64,000 nucleotides of DNA from the NCBI RefSeq assembly GCF_006345805.1, contig NC_043003.1, positions 58,962,001 through 59,026,000 of the forward strand, given 5' to 3'. The translations under genes and the position numbers were made by a program. The DNA comes from Octopus sinensis (Eukaryota). Below the pieces are notes generated by a model. It searched no databases. It had not been told where the DNA came from and saw only the letters and a program-made list of their open reading frames with translations. Positions 1 to 11,245 of the stretch are shown here, in pieces (the first letter of the stretch is position 1; each line of letters begins with the position of its first letter).

Positions 1-589
1 CTTTCTGACTTATTACCACCTGACCGTTGTGTCTTACTCCAGTTTTGATTTCACCACGTTGGATCAATTGTGATTCTCTTTCTTGAAAGGACACATCCAA
101 CTAGTTATAGTGTTCCTCTACTGCCATCACCTTTTACTCGGATTACTTGTGATGCTGTGGTCTACGTCGGCACGTGATGGTGCTGTGACATCTGCAAAAA
201 TTTTGATAAGCGTATATATGTGTGGTCGCAGTGTGTCAGACATGGTTTTCCACTGATAGTCATTTTGGATGAGTGTTAGTTCTAGGATTTAATAAACCTT
301 TTAGAAGACACTAATTATGCACTTACAAGAGAGCGCAAGCAGATCAACGGGTCCAAATAGCAGAGGTACAGCATATTGTGCACTTCCAAGTAGGTACATG
401 CGATTTTACAGAAGCGTTTTATGGAACTGTTTGCGGTGAAAAGTTAGATGAAGTCAATAGGAACTTTGATGTCAAGCTGATGGCTTGTCACAAATTTTGG
501 TCGAAGACGCCAATCGCTGAGAATTACCGACTTAGGGGATAAAATAACGCACATGTTGAGCAGCAGTAAAATCTGCAAATCGCCTGAGC

Positions 590-945
590 AGAGAATTCAC
601 CTCATACAACCCGTACATAAAACCGATAATATACAAAGCAGAGAAATGAAGGTAAAGAGTAGGAAATGGTATTACAGAAGAGTCAAGTTATATTCTTTTC
701 TTCTCTAGGCACAATGCCCGAAATTTTGGGGGAGGAGCCAGTCGATTAGATCGGCCCCAGTATGCAACTAGTATTTAATTTATCGACCCCGAAAGGATGA
801 AGAGCAATGTCGACCTCGGTGGAATTTGAACTCAGAACGTAGCAGCAGACGAAATACCGCAAAGCATTTCGCCTGGCGTGCTAACGTTTTTGCCAGCTGA
901 CCACCTTAAGAGTCAAGTTATATTAAAAGTAGAATATAAAAAAGC
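590..945 (+). mobile_element. Inverted second copy of part of the same R4/Dong-like LINE (RT C-terminal region)
   Basis: 590-694 (cagagaattcacctcatacaacccgta...agtcaagttatatt) matches the reverse complement of ~2485-2565 at roughly 80% identity, and continues after the SINE (aaaagtagaatataa vs aaaagcaggatataa). Confidence 0.65.
695..907 (-). mobile_element. tRNA-derived SINE, family A (monomer), with 17-bp target-site duplication
   Basis: A-box-like GGCAAAAACGTTAGC and B-box GTTCAAATTCC on the minus strand. The TSD aagagtcaagttatatt lies at 678-694 and 908-924. Confidence 0.9.
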
Positions 946-1784
946 TAAATCGCTTGATCTGGATGATCAACTCTGCAAACTTTATCATAACATCAGATTT
1001 GCTCTGTGCCCGCTGGAATTATAGAAATTAGCAGCTTAGGTGAACAGATGAAGGTGACGTTGTTAGGGAAGGCTCGGAGCAAGGGAGACATGGCAGACAA
1101 CTAGTCCCGTAACTCTGTAACACATTTCGATGAAGTGATGCCAAAAGTTGGTGCTTGACTTTGGTAGTATAGTCTAAAGCGCGCAAATGTGTGAGATGTC
1201 TGTTAGACCTTTTCCTTACAACATCCACTAAATGGATTGGGACAGACTTGGCTTCGGTGAGGTTCTGTTTAGTTTAGATCAGTAGAAAATTAATACTTAA
1301 TGTAAGCGTCTACATTTACTATGATATTTTGTAGATGGATGTAGTTATTATACTGTGGCCTTTCGCAACTAGTCTCAAATGTTCTGCTATTTGGCTTTAG
1401 TTCAGAGATTTTGAGCCAACATTTGCTTTTATTCTCTGACTTACAAGATATTGGTCCTTGAGTGGTTTTCTCTACATGTTTTTTTCAATATATTTGCGAA
1501 AACACGTCCAGTTGTTTTGGGTTTATCTAAATCTGTCGTTTCAACACATATGACGCACGTTTCATGTTCCTTATACTTAGCGGCTTTGCTACATTCTTAG
1601 TATTTCTCAAGACCTGCTGTTGCTGTTTTGTATTCATTTTGTATTCGTATCAGAGACCTTGTGTGTGAGGTAGGTATATTCTAACTACATCAGCTTTGGC
1701 ATGGTAGCTTCCGAAGTCTATGAGAAGTATTTTTCCAATGTCTAAATATCTCAACTCCCTTCAAATCAGGTTTCCAGCTAAATA

Positions 1785-1999
1785 CTGGGTTGTCCGGAAA
1801 GTTCGTGTTGATTTTTAAAGGAAAGAAAATGGTCAATAAATACTTGCCATTACATTTTTAATCAACCAAATATGAACCATTTTGTTGCACAATGCGTCTC
1901 CATCTTTCCTTTAACTTGAGAATACCCTCTTCCCAGAATTGAGGTGGTTTCATGGCAAAGAATTCATCAAGGTATCTTTTTACGTCATCCAAGGAATTA
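1785..1999 (-). mobile_element. Truncated mariner fragment (one TIR plus the transposase C-terminal end)
   Basis: TA followed by ctgggttgtccggaaagttcg; near-identical to the first ~215 bp of the 53507-54072 element. Confidence 0.9.
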
Positions 2000-2108
2000 C
2001 AGCTTCACTGAGTTGAAGCTGTAATAACTAATTGCAAAAAAACGAGCGTATTAACAAATATCTTCTTTCTAACATTATATCCTGCTTTTAATGTAACTTC
2101 ACACTTAA

Positions 2109-2487
2109 GGCGGCGAGCTGGCAGAAGCGTTAGCACGCCGGGCGAAATGCTTATCGGTATTTCGTCTGCCGTTACGTTCTGAGATCAAATTCCGCCGAGG
2201 TCGACCTTGCCTTTCATCCTTTCGGGGTCCATTAAATAAGTACCAGTTGCGCACTGGAATCGATGTAATCGACTTAATCCGTTTGTCTGTCCTTGTTTGT
2301 CCTCTCTGTGTTTAGTCCCTTGTAGGTAGTAAAGAAATAGGTATTTCGTCTGTCTTAACGTTCTGAGTTCAAATTCCGCCGAGGCTGACTTTGCCTTTCA
2401 TCCTTACAGGGTCGATAAATTAAGTACCATTTGCGTGCTGGCTCTTCCCCCAAAATTTCGGGCCTTGTGCCTAGAGTAGAAAAGAAT
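2109..2487 (+). mobile_element. SINE family A, dimeric form
   Basis: Head ggcggcgagctggcagaagcgttagcacgccgggcgaaatgc; internal repeat of the gtatttcgtctg...gttcaaattccgccgagg block; tail ctagagtagaaaagaat. Confidence 0.9.
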
Positions 2488-3233
2488 ATAACTTGACTAT
2501 TGTGTAGTACCCTTTCCTTATCTTTGCCTCCATTTTTCTGTTTTGTACATTATCGGTTTCTTTTTCTAAATATACGGGTTGTATGAGGTGAATTCTCTGA
2601 TTTCAGTATTTATGTTTAGTTTCACACACCTAGTTCTAGTACATCAATTATTGCATATAAAAGCTTTAGCGTTCATAGAAACTCCTCTAATTCCATATCC
2701 ATTCTTATGTCTTGGCTAAACCTATGTACTATTTTTATCAGGTTTCCAGCTAAATATTATTTCTCGTAAATATTTTCAGACCATTCGTCGTTTATAATTC
2801 CACTGTAGCATCATCTGTTCCTCATTGTTATTTCATTCAACGTGCTTGTTAATGGCGTCAGTACAAGGCAAAAGATTTTGGGGTGGATATAGAAACCCCT
2901 TGAAAAATTCTTCTGCTTATAGATATTGGGCTGATTCTGTCTCTTCTTTGCTTTATAATGACATCATGTTTTTCGATTAACTAATCAGCATAGCTGATGT
3001 ATTTCATTAGTATTGGAAACCCCTTTATGTTTGCAAAGTGCTATCAAATGCTTTTTAGTAGTCAAATCCAACTGCGCTACAGTTGGCTCCCTTCAAAGCG
3101 TATTGATCTTGTACTTTTCTTTTCTTTATTTTTCTACTCTTTTTTCCCCTTTTGATGTAGCATTCCTCTCTGTCTTCCTTAAAAGAAGAAAAAGATCTCA
3201 CGTTTGCCTCAACTTTCTGAATATTTCCTCGCG

Positions 3234-3235
<2 letters not shown>

Positions 3236-3295
<60 letters not shown>

Positions 3296-3312
3296 TTTTA
3301 TTATTATTATAA
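3236..3312. repeat. (ATT)n microsatellite
   Basis: Direct reading. Confidence 0.95.
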
Positions 3313-3316
3313 TGGT

Positions 3317-3645
3317 GAAGGCACATGGCTCAGTGGTTAGAGCGTCGAGTTTACGATCGTGAGGTTGTAAGTTCGAATCTTGGACCGGGCTGCGTGTTGT
3401 GTTCTTGAGCAAGACACTTTATTTCACGTTGCTCCAGTTCACTCAGCTGTAGAAATCAGTTGAGACGTCACAGGTGCCAAGCTGTATCGGCCTTTTCCTT
3501 TCCCTTGGATACTGGTGGCATGGAGAGGTGTGGCTGGTATGCATGGGCGACTGCTGGTCTTCCATAAACAACGTTGCCCGGACTTGTGCCTGGGAGGGTA
3601 ACTTTCTAGGTGCAATCCCATGGTCATTCATGACCGAAGGGGGTC
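3317..3645 (+). mobile_element. tRNA-derived SINE, family B
   Basis: A-box tggctcagtggttagagcg, B-box gttcgaatc, body cttgagcaagacactttatttcacgttgctccagttcactcagctg; second copy at 28856-29205. Confidence 0.9.
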
Positions 3646-3658
3646 CCAGCATTATTAA

Positions 3659-3853
3659 GGCAGTGGGCCGGTAGAATCGTTACCGCGCCGGACAAAAGGC
3701 TTACTGGCATTTCATCCGTCTTTAAGTACAGTTCAGATTCCGCCGATATTGTCTTTGCCTTTCAACCTTTCTGGGTCGATAAAATACGTACCAGTTGCGC
3801 ACTGGGGACAATGTAATCCTCAAAATTATTTCAGGCCTTTAGTAGAAAGGATT
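3659..3853 (+). mobile_element. SINE family A, diverged
   Basis: Collinear similarity to family A; ends agtagaaagg. Confidence 0.8.
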
Positions 3854-3865
3854 AATATTCTCATT

Positions 3866-4085
3866 GCGGCAGCGAGCTGGCAGAATCTTTAGAACATCGA
3901 ACGAAATGCTTAGTGGCATTTCTTTCAGCCTTTATAAAGCTTTCTGATTTCAAATTCAACAGTGGTCGAATTTGTTTTTTATCATTCCGAGATCGATAAG
4001 ATGAAGTAGCAGTGAACTAGCTGAATCTATGCAATGGACTAACCCCTTCCTCTAATAGTGCCGGCCTTGTACCAAAATTTGAAAC
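3866..4085 (+). mobile_element. SINE family A subtype (tail ccttgtaccaaaatttgaaac)
   Basis: Head gcggcagcgagctggcagaatc, B-box-like ttcaaattc. Confidence 0.8.
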
Positions 4086-4479
4086 AAGAAATTATCATTT
4101 TCTTTATTCCTGTGTGACCATCATATCACCTTAGCTCCATTTAAGTTTCAGTCAATTATTGAAATGATTGGGAGATTTTTGCATCGCATAAGGTTTGTTA
4201 CTTTTCTTACAACTCATTTTGTTGCAAAGTTGACTAAGAACTGAGAGTAGTGGCCGTCTACCGGTTAGGCCCTCTTATAGGGCCGAATTTGTTGAAACTT
4301 TTCTTGAAATGTCTATCTTGGAAATAAAAAAAAAACAAATGGCGTCGAAGCTGACAGACCACGAGGAAGAATAAAGGCTTAAAGAAACCAAGCAGAGCAT
4401 TTATTTATGAAACGGAAATCTTTTAATTTTTTAATGGAAGATAAAAACGTATGCAAGTTATCCATGCTGATTTGAGAAA

Positions 4480-4980
4480 TGCACATTAGCAGCAACATTG
4501 GCAAAGCCACAAGTAGCATCGACCGAAACACTGTCAAAGACGCCATCATCTGTATCAACGCCACCAGCATCAGTGTGGTGATGATGGTAACACTATTACT
4601 GTTATCAGGAAGCTTAGCGCGGCCAGAGGTGAGACGATTTCCACAGATGGTACCACCATCCAATCCGTCGACAACATTCGGAGCAGCAACCACACTACCA
4701 CCACTATTGCCACCGGCACCAACAGCAGTAACAATGAAAACAGCAACAACAACAACAGCAACAACACTACCACGGCCATCATCACCGCCAGCAACAGAAA
4801 CAGCAACAGGGAGAATGCCGTATCGCCCATCGCCTTTACTGGAGTCAAGTAGAGTGCGGCGTCTGTTTTGTCATGATCATCATCAGCAACAGCGTCGATA
4901 TCAATTGCAACAACGGCAACAACAATCTCGACTAACTTCATCAAAAGCAACACTTTTGTCATCACCATCGCCACCAGTAT
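4480..4980. repeat. Degenerate mixed triplet (CAN/CAC/CAT) low-complexity tract
   Basis: Runs of caa/cag/cac/cat explain the overlapping 167-168 aa ORFs on both strands. Confidence 0.7.
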
Positions 4981-5177
4981 AAACAAAGCCATCTCTTTTG
5001 CCGGATCCATACAATTCTGAATGGAACAGTCACTGACGAATAATGAAGGCTTCGGGCAAAAATACAACGCTTGCATTGTTTAGCTTGACATGTTAGCCCT
5101 GCCAGAGGGAGAAACCGAACAGACGAAGGGACAGATCATACAGCATAAATATATCAACCATAAAATCAGGAATAAAG

Positions 5178-5500
5178 TTGACAACCCTATTCCTCTATAA
5201 GCTAAAAGTTGCCCGAAGGATGCGTGAGGGACCATATGACACATCAAAAGAGGAAGGCAATATGGGGCAGTGACAGCCTTGTTTTCCATGAAGAAGAGAC
5301 CAAGAAAATAGCAACAAAAGGCCACCCCTTCGAGGAATATAAGGAATATATATAATTGACAACGCTACTCTTGTATAGGCCGAAAAATGCCTGAAGGTCG
5401 CATGGTATGCCATATGACATATGAAGAACGGGAGGCAATATGGAACGGTGGTAGCCTTGTGCTCAATAAAGAAGAGGCCAAGAAAATAGCAACAACAGCA
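5178..5500. repeat. Diverged tandem duplication, period ~178 bp
   Basis: Units begin ttgacaac at 5178 and 5356 and share ccatatgaca...ggcaatatgg...agccttgt...aagaagag.ccaagaaaatagcaacaa. Confidence 0.85.
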
Positions 5501-7612
5501 TGCTCGAGTATATATACATATATTATGATCATTTTGTATAGCTCGGCAAGTAACTAAGGCGACAAACAATGATGCAGCACCTGACATAAACATTCATTTC
5601 TTAGTAATCATATTGAATGATCATGGACATGTGATCCCCTCCAGGTCAACCTCTCACCAGAACTAGTCGGAGGTTAAAATAGAGATTCGCATTATGTTCA
5701 CCTCTGCAAACTTCTGGAAATCATCGATAGGGAAGGAGTGCCAGGTGTTAGATATATAGCTGGTCCAATCACCTGAAGAATTTCTGTCCTCAGGTCAATG
5801 GAGTGAAACAACCCTTGCTACCTGTGCTATGACCACAAAATACACAGCAGTAGAAACTACAGCAACAGAAGTACTGAAAACTTAAGCAGTTGAGATAGAC
5901 ATCTAACAAGAGCTGGCGAATAAGTAAGGACATGGCCTCTGCTGTTTCAGAAGCTGGAATCGGATCTTTGCACCATTTCACTTGTTCTTTGAAGATTTCC
6001 TAAAAGTAGGTATCGAGCTCTACAGCCTGTCATGAATTTCACACAAAGCTGTATATATCTGCTTGGAATCATCGGTTACAACACGCCCTTTGTAATCTGT
6101 TAAAAAAAAACCGTGTCATTCATCGCTTACCATTATATTTCTTTATCAGCTGGGTCCATCGTACATTTTTAGCGTTTGCGTTCCTTGGCACATTGAACCT
6201 CTTTGCTTGAAGAAAAGATTAAAAGATATTCTCGCCGCTTCTATTTGTTTGTGAAATCATTTCTATCCTTCTATCCTTCTATCCTTAGCTATCCTTTTAT
6301 TCTGATGTATCCTGTTTACACTTCCTCTCTGCATATTATTGAGTCTTCTCTAATTTTTCTTTTCAAGCCTGCTTACCACTTGTTGTTCTACAATTGCTAA
6401 TAGCTGCCAGAAATTCCCATAAAAAAACGTCACGTCGCTAAATCGTACTCTGAAGGCTTATTCGTAGTGTGAACGCCGCGTACGGTTTTAAGCAACCAAA
6501 TCACAATCTAAATGTCTTACTCACACTGGCTGTACAGATACTTGTTGACGCCTACTCATGTAAATCATTATACAACAGTGACAAGAAAGAAGGTGCTTAT
6601 TGTTCAATGGGAATAACCAGAACATGTCCATAGTTGTCACGTTTACTTACCAAAATGAAACTGAATTAATACTTATCAGTGAGCTAATGATTTCTTTTCC
6701 TCTCTGCATAATTAACATTAATCAATTTGATTTTTAATCTCAAAATATCAATGGTGCTAACTGTTACTTTCGCACAGATGGCGTTCTGGGATAATTTCTT
6801 TCCCTTCCTTTTCGCTATGATCTCTTCCCCTGTACAATACTGTTCACAAATAAAATAATTCTTTCATCATTAACCTGTGTAGGGTACCTTAGTTCTTCAT
6901 CCAGGATGTCTAATAATACCAAAGTTTACCAAGAGTTTCGGCCCATGTCCAGATCTAATTAATAATGGTCATTGAATTTTTCTTCTCACCAGATAAATAT
7001 TATTTCTTAATGAGACTTGATCCATCATTACATTGAGTACCATCATTCCAAATTATTTTGTTATATTCATTTTGTTTATATCACTCTTGATGAAAAATAA
7101 ATGTCGTTGGTTGCTGGTTTCCAACGGATCAATTATTACTGCACTGAATTTCCGGTGGTGAGAGTAATAGAAGAGTGCTCGAAAAGTTGTTCTTGTTAAT
7201 CTATTAGATAGGTTTCCCCCTCAACTACATTAAATATGAAGGGCCTAACATGACTACGGGTTTACTTGCAGATCATCCCTGGATAATTTTCCTCGATAAT
7301 TTTCCTTTCATTACATTAGCAAATGTGTCGCGTCCGCTCCATGATAGATGATATTTTAAGAAGTATTTGGTTGCTATTTCTAGATGGTCGAGCGACTACG
7401 TGGGAGGGGGGACTGTCTCCTCGGCAATATATAGAAATAGTGATTAGCTAATACTACAACCTATTAGCACCTGGTCACCACTGTTAGTTTCTTTACGAGC
7501 AGTGCTTCAATAACAACATTGCTTGAGTTGTTCTCCGTAGCTTTTAACATAGGATGTAACATATTCTCAGGACTCGCAAGTTGCTTTAACACTCGACAAT
7601 TTTGGGGGAATG

Positions 7613-7790
7613 CCGCGAGCTGGCAGAATTGTTAGCATGTCAGACAAAATGCGAAGCGACATTTGCTTCGGCTCTATACATCGCTAAAGTTAAACTATGC
7701 CTTTCCTCTCTTCCGGATCGATAAAATGAAGTACTAGTCAAATACAACCGACTCGTTCTTTCTCCTCAAAATTTCTGGCCTTGAATCTTG
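7613..7790 (+). mobile_element. SINE family A, diverged
   Basis: gccgcgagctggcagaattgttagcatgtcagacaaaatgc ... aaaatttctggccttg. Confidence 0.75.
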
Positions 7791-7848
7791 CAGCGGACTG
7801 GTGATCTGTTCAGGGGGAATATTGTGATCCGATCACTTGTGCCCTATG

Positions 7849-8110
7849 GAGGCGCTTGGCTTGGTGGTTAGGGTGTTGGACTTATGCTCTTAAGATTGTG
7901 GTTTCGATTCCTGGCCCGCGTGACGCCTTGGTTCTTGAGTAAAACACTTCATTTCACGTTGCTCCAGTCCACTCAGCTGACAAAAATGAGTAATTCTGCG
8001 ACGGACCGGCGTCTTGTCCAGGTGGGGAATATATATACACCATGAAACCGGGAAACCGGTCCTTATGAGTCTGTATGACTCGAGAATGTAACCGGCTTTA
8101 TGAGTCCTAG
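7849..8110 (+). mobile_element. SINE family B variant with a V-domain-like 3' body
   Basis: tRNA head ggaggcgcttggcttggtggttaggg, shared cacttcatttcacgttgctccagtccactcagctg, then gcgacggaccggcgtcttgtccagg...gaaaccggg. The V-domain resemblance is from memory. Confidence 0.75.
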
Positions 8111-8274
8111 GGATCAGGAAAAATATATAAAATAAAATATTGGTGGTGGGAAGTTTCTGTGTGTTATTAACCTACTAGGAATTTAGTCAAATCTCCCTTT
8201 TAATCCTTCCTCACAATCTCAACAAAAATGAGCCGCTGTAGTGCAGGCTTACACTGTATCTAAACCAAAAAAAT

Positions 8275-8405
8275 TCTAATTTTGGCATAAGGTAAGCAAT
8301 TTTGAGGGTAGTGGAAAGTTAAGTACATTAATCCCATCGCTCAACTGGTTCTCTTTTTTTGCCGACCACGAAATGATGAAAGGTAAAGTTGACTTCGGCA
8401 AGGGT
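8275..8405 (-). mobile_element. SINE family A fragment
   Basis: aaattctaattttggcataagg...gatgaaaggtaaagttgacttcggc is the reverse complement of the family A 3' half. Confidence 0.65.
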
Positions 8406-8533
8406 TGAATGTTTTTTTTATCTTAGCTCAGTTGAACTGAGCTAAGATAACAATTTACTAGAAGCATATTGCAAACGGTCCCTGATTGTTAAATATCTTG
8501 GCGATGGCACCGATTCACCTTAAAAAAAAAAAG

Positions 8534-8851
8534 ACTCCGCCGGTTACGACGACGAGGGTCCCAGCTGATACGATCAACGGAACAGCTTGCTCGTGAAATT
8601 AACGTGCAAATGGCTGAGCATTCCACAGACACGTGTACCCTTAACGTAGTTCTCGGGGATAATCAGCGTGACACAGTGAGTGACAAGGCTGACCCTTTGA
8701 AATACAAGTACAACTCATTTTTGCCAGCTGAGTGGACTGGAGCAACGTGAAATAAAGTGTCTTGCTCAAGGACACAACGCGTCGCCGGTAATCGAACTCA
8801 CAACCTTACGATCATGAGCCGAATGCCCTAACCACTAAGCCACGCGCCCTC
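8534..8851 (-). mobile_element. SINE family D (family-B-type head plus distinct 3' module)
   Basis: Minus strand: gagggcgcgtggcttagtggttaggg...gttcgatt; 3' module aagggtacacgtgtctgtgg...gttccgttgatc...cgtcgtaaccggcggagt. Confidence 0.9.
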
Positions 8852-8924
8852 ACCCGATTCACCTAAACTGGTGGTGACAGTGTATGAATTGCTCGACTTC
8901 TCGATATCTATGTGATGTTAACAG

Positions 8925-9058
8925 ATCATCATCATCATACCACCGTCGTCGCCACCACCACCACCACCACCACCACCGACGCCAACACCACCGCCACCAC
9001 CACCACCATCGCCGCTGTCACCAAAGCCACCACCACCACCACCACCACCGACGCCACC
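8925..9058. repeat. (CAT)/(CAC)n microsatellite
   Basis: Direct reading; explains the poly-His and poly-Thr ORFs. Confidence 0.9.
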
Positions 9059-9059
9059 G

Positions 9060-9113
9060 AGGCTGTTCCGTCGATCGAATCAACTGGAACCCTTGTCGTC
9101 GTAACTGACGGAG
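9060..9113 (+). mobile_element. Isolated 3' tail module of SINE family D
   Basis: ggctgttccgtcgatcgaatcaactggaacccttgtcgtcgtaactgacggag matches the 3' ends of the 8534 and 11246 elements. Confidence 0.85.
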
Positions 9114-9979
9114 CCCCAGTAAGCAGGAAACTGATGAAGGTACCCTGTAAACGCACAAAGCCTTTAGCTCTCACAAACGTCAAACTTCTTTAATTTATAT
9201 GTGGCTACGTATGTCTATTAAATCTCTTCTACTTGAAACCTTTCTCAAGCCAATTGACCACGAACCACTCCCTCATTCCGTTTCGGAATTCTTCTACTTG
9301 GTTGTCAATTGCTGTAAATATCGATCAATAGAGGATCAAAAACATTTGACATTTGCGAATAGAATTTCTAACAGGATCATTATGTCGGAACAATTTTCCT
9401 TTCTGAAAGCTATCCATTATTCTTTCCTACCTCAGGCACTTTTATCAGTCTTTCGTATAATTTCTGAATTTACCTCCAAGAAAATAACACTTGCAATCAG
9501 AAATATTAGGCGAAAGACGACACTAACGCATCAACAATTGTGTACAGCACACAAACCAGTAAAGGAGCCACTATGAGCTTGTTTGATTTGTTAGAAATAA
9601 CAGCGAAATCTCCCTGAAATATTTTCTTGCTACCCCACCCCGCAAAAAAACCCCAATGTATAATGAAGTCTGCGAGTATCCTGTTAGAGCAAAATATGCA
9701 ATGGCCATGGTTGGAATGCCTTTATACATTCAGATATAAAAAGTTATTCATAAATACAAATGAGAAAAATATAACTGAAATAAATAATACCGGTCAAATA
9801 TATTACTTTCAGTTTCAGTTACATGAAGTCGTTCTGTAATCGGAATGAGACCATTAGGCGCATCTGTTTGGGTGCTGATAATTTGGTACCGTTGACTGGA
9901 CTTTCAGTTAGTTTGGGCGACGGTACTTTTTGGCACTGGAAGCAAACACATCCATACACATACACGCACACATACAAAA

Positions 9980-10017
<38 letters not shown>

Positions 10018-10044
10018 ACACACATACAAACACACATATATATA

Positions 10045-10215
10045 AGGAGAATAAGACAGGGTAGAAAATGCTAAAATAATTTTATCATGAAGAACGTTTT
10101 AGTACTGGTTTCAGCCTTTGCGACTTTTTCATCTTAGAGTAAAGTATGAAAAATAATTAAATTGTGGAAAAATTAAATGAAATGTTTTTTAAAAATGTTT
10201 CCATAGTTTTCAAAT
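10045..10215 (-). mobile_element. PLE pseudo-LTR-like repeat (family E) with a degenerate hammerhead motif at ~10100-10135
   Basis: Homologous to the left arm of the 23952-24250 palindrome. Minus strand reads atgaaaa-agtc-gcaaa-ggct-gaaac-ca-gta-cta. Confidence 0.7.
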
Positions 10216-10362
10216 GCCAGGGACATTTCCCTTTTTCCGGTCTGTCTCTGTCTCTCTTTTTTACTCTTGTGAGTTCTAGCAGCAGTTAGTAGTAGTTTGA
10301 TAGGAATTCATGTCTTTGATTGTTTAAGCAGCAGTAGTAGTGGATAAAGGAGGTGGCGAAGA

Positions 10363-10452
10363 GAAGAAGAAGAAGAAGAAGAAGAAGAAGAAGAAGAAGA
10401 AGAAGAAGAAGAAGAAGAAGAAGAAGAAGAAGAAGAAGAAGAAGAAGAAGAA
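10363..10452. repeat. (GAA)~30 microsatellite
   Basis: Direct reading. Confidence 0.97.
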
Positions 10453-10540
10453 TGCAGGGCTGGTATGACAGTAGCAGGATGTTGGTGGAATCCTTTTAAA
10501 TGGTCTGACTTAAAAGTGACCCGTCGTGTTTGGAATAGTA

Positions 10541-10581
<41 letters not shown>

Positions 10582-10586
<5 letters not shown>

Positions 10587-10750
10587 TACGACAGGCTTTC
10601 ATACAGTTTTCCTCTACTACATTCACTCACATGGAATTTGTCAGTCGGAGGTTGTATGAAAAGGCCGAAGGAGCCCCATGGTGTGACTGAATCCGATGGC
10701 ACGTGATTGTAAAATGAACTTCTCAACCGCACAGCCATACCTGTGCCTGT
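10582..10750 (-). mobile_element. SINE family C 5' half, diverged
   Basis: Reverse complement of ggctgtgcggttgagaagttc...gaaactgtatgaaagcctgtcgtat, abutting a TA run. Confidence 0.7.
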
Positions 10751-11245
10751 CAAGGGAAAGGATATTTTACAGAAGTTCTCGAGAGCTACAGTGCGCTGGA
10801 ATGTGACTTAATAGAATAAATTGAAGCAAATCCTACCTAAAGGTAACTATACTTATAACCAGCGAAAAGTACGTATAGGAGAAGCATGTGTATCGTAAAA
10901 CTGGAGTTACACTTTCATTTCTTATGAATCCTTCCTCCGTGACACATGATTAGGATTTATTCATATTTTTTGGAAGTGAATACATCAGAAAACTAGGTTT
11001 TAGCTTCCTTATCATAAAAGCAATATCACTTTTTTCCGACACGAAAAAGAAAATTAACCTCAACTTGTAAGGGACAAATTGTTCATATATATAATTCATA
11101 TTCAAGCTAATCAATTCCTTAATATATAACAAATTAACTATTTCTGCCATAGTTATTAAATACTAAGAAACTACATTAATTACTTTATGCTATTTCTTCA
11201 CAGTAATAATGTATATTTAAACTGAGCATGATTACGTGGTGATGG

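Larger units (their letters stand above)
960..2960 (-). mobile_element. Degraded R4/Dong-like (RLE-type) non-LTR retrotransposon relic, interrupted by a mariner fragment and a SINE
   Basis: Minus-strand translation by eye gives remnants of GIFQG..S.P..FCL.L.PL...LN (~2900-2840), DDLKIF...LETLIKIVHRFSQDIRM (~2790-2700), KIRK.YY..VKL (~2530-2490) and an SGC...DY...LH.N..SYG CCHC/RLE-adjacent segment (~1240-1100). Many stops and frameshifts. Confidence 0.6.

Noticed and set aside
3317-3395. tRNA-like sequences at the SINE heads (also 7849, 8851, 11625, 28856)
   Set aside because: They continue into SINE bodies and lack a complete cloverleaf with acceptor stem; not tRNA genes.
4479-5076. 167-168 aa ORFs on both strands resembling a signal-peptide/mucin or membrane protein
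   Set aside because: Explained by degenerate CAN triplet repeats; no splice or homology support.
6778-6860. Strong-looking acceptor gctaactgttactttcgcacag followed by ATG
   Set aside because: All frames close within 27 codons and no convincing donor was found.
9128-9160. ctgatga-agg-tac-cct-gtaaac hammerhead-like string
   Set aside because: GAAA is disrupted, and no stem III, NUH site or stem I could be assigned.
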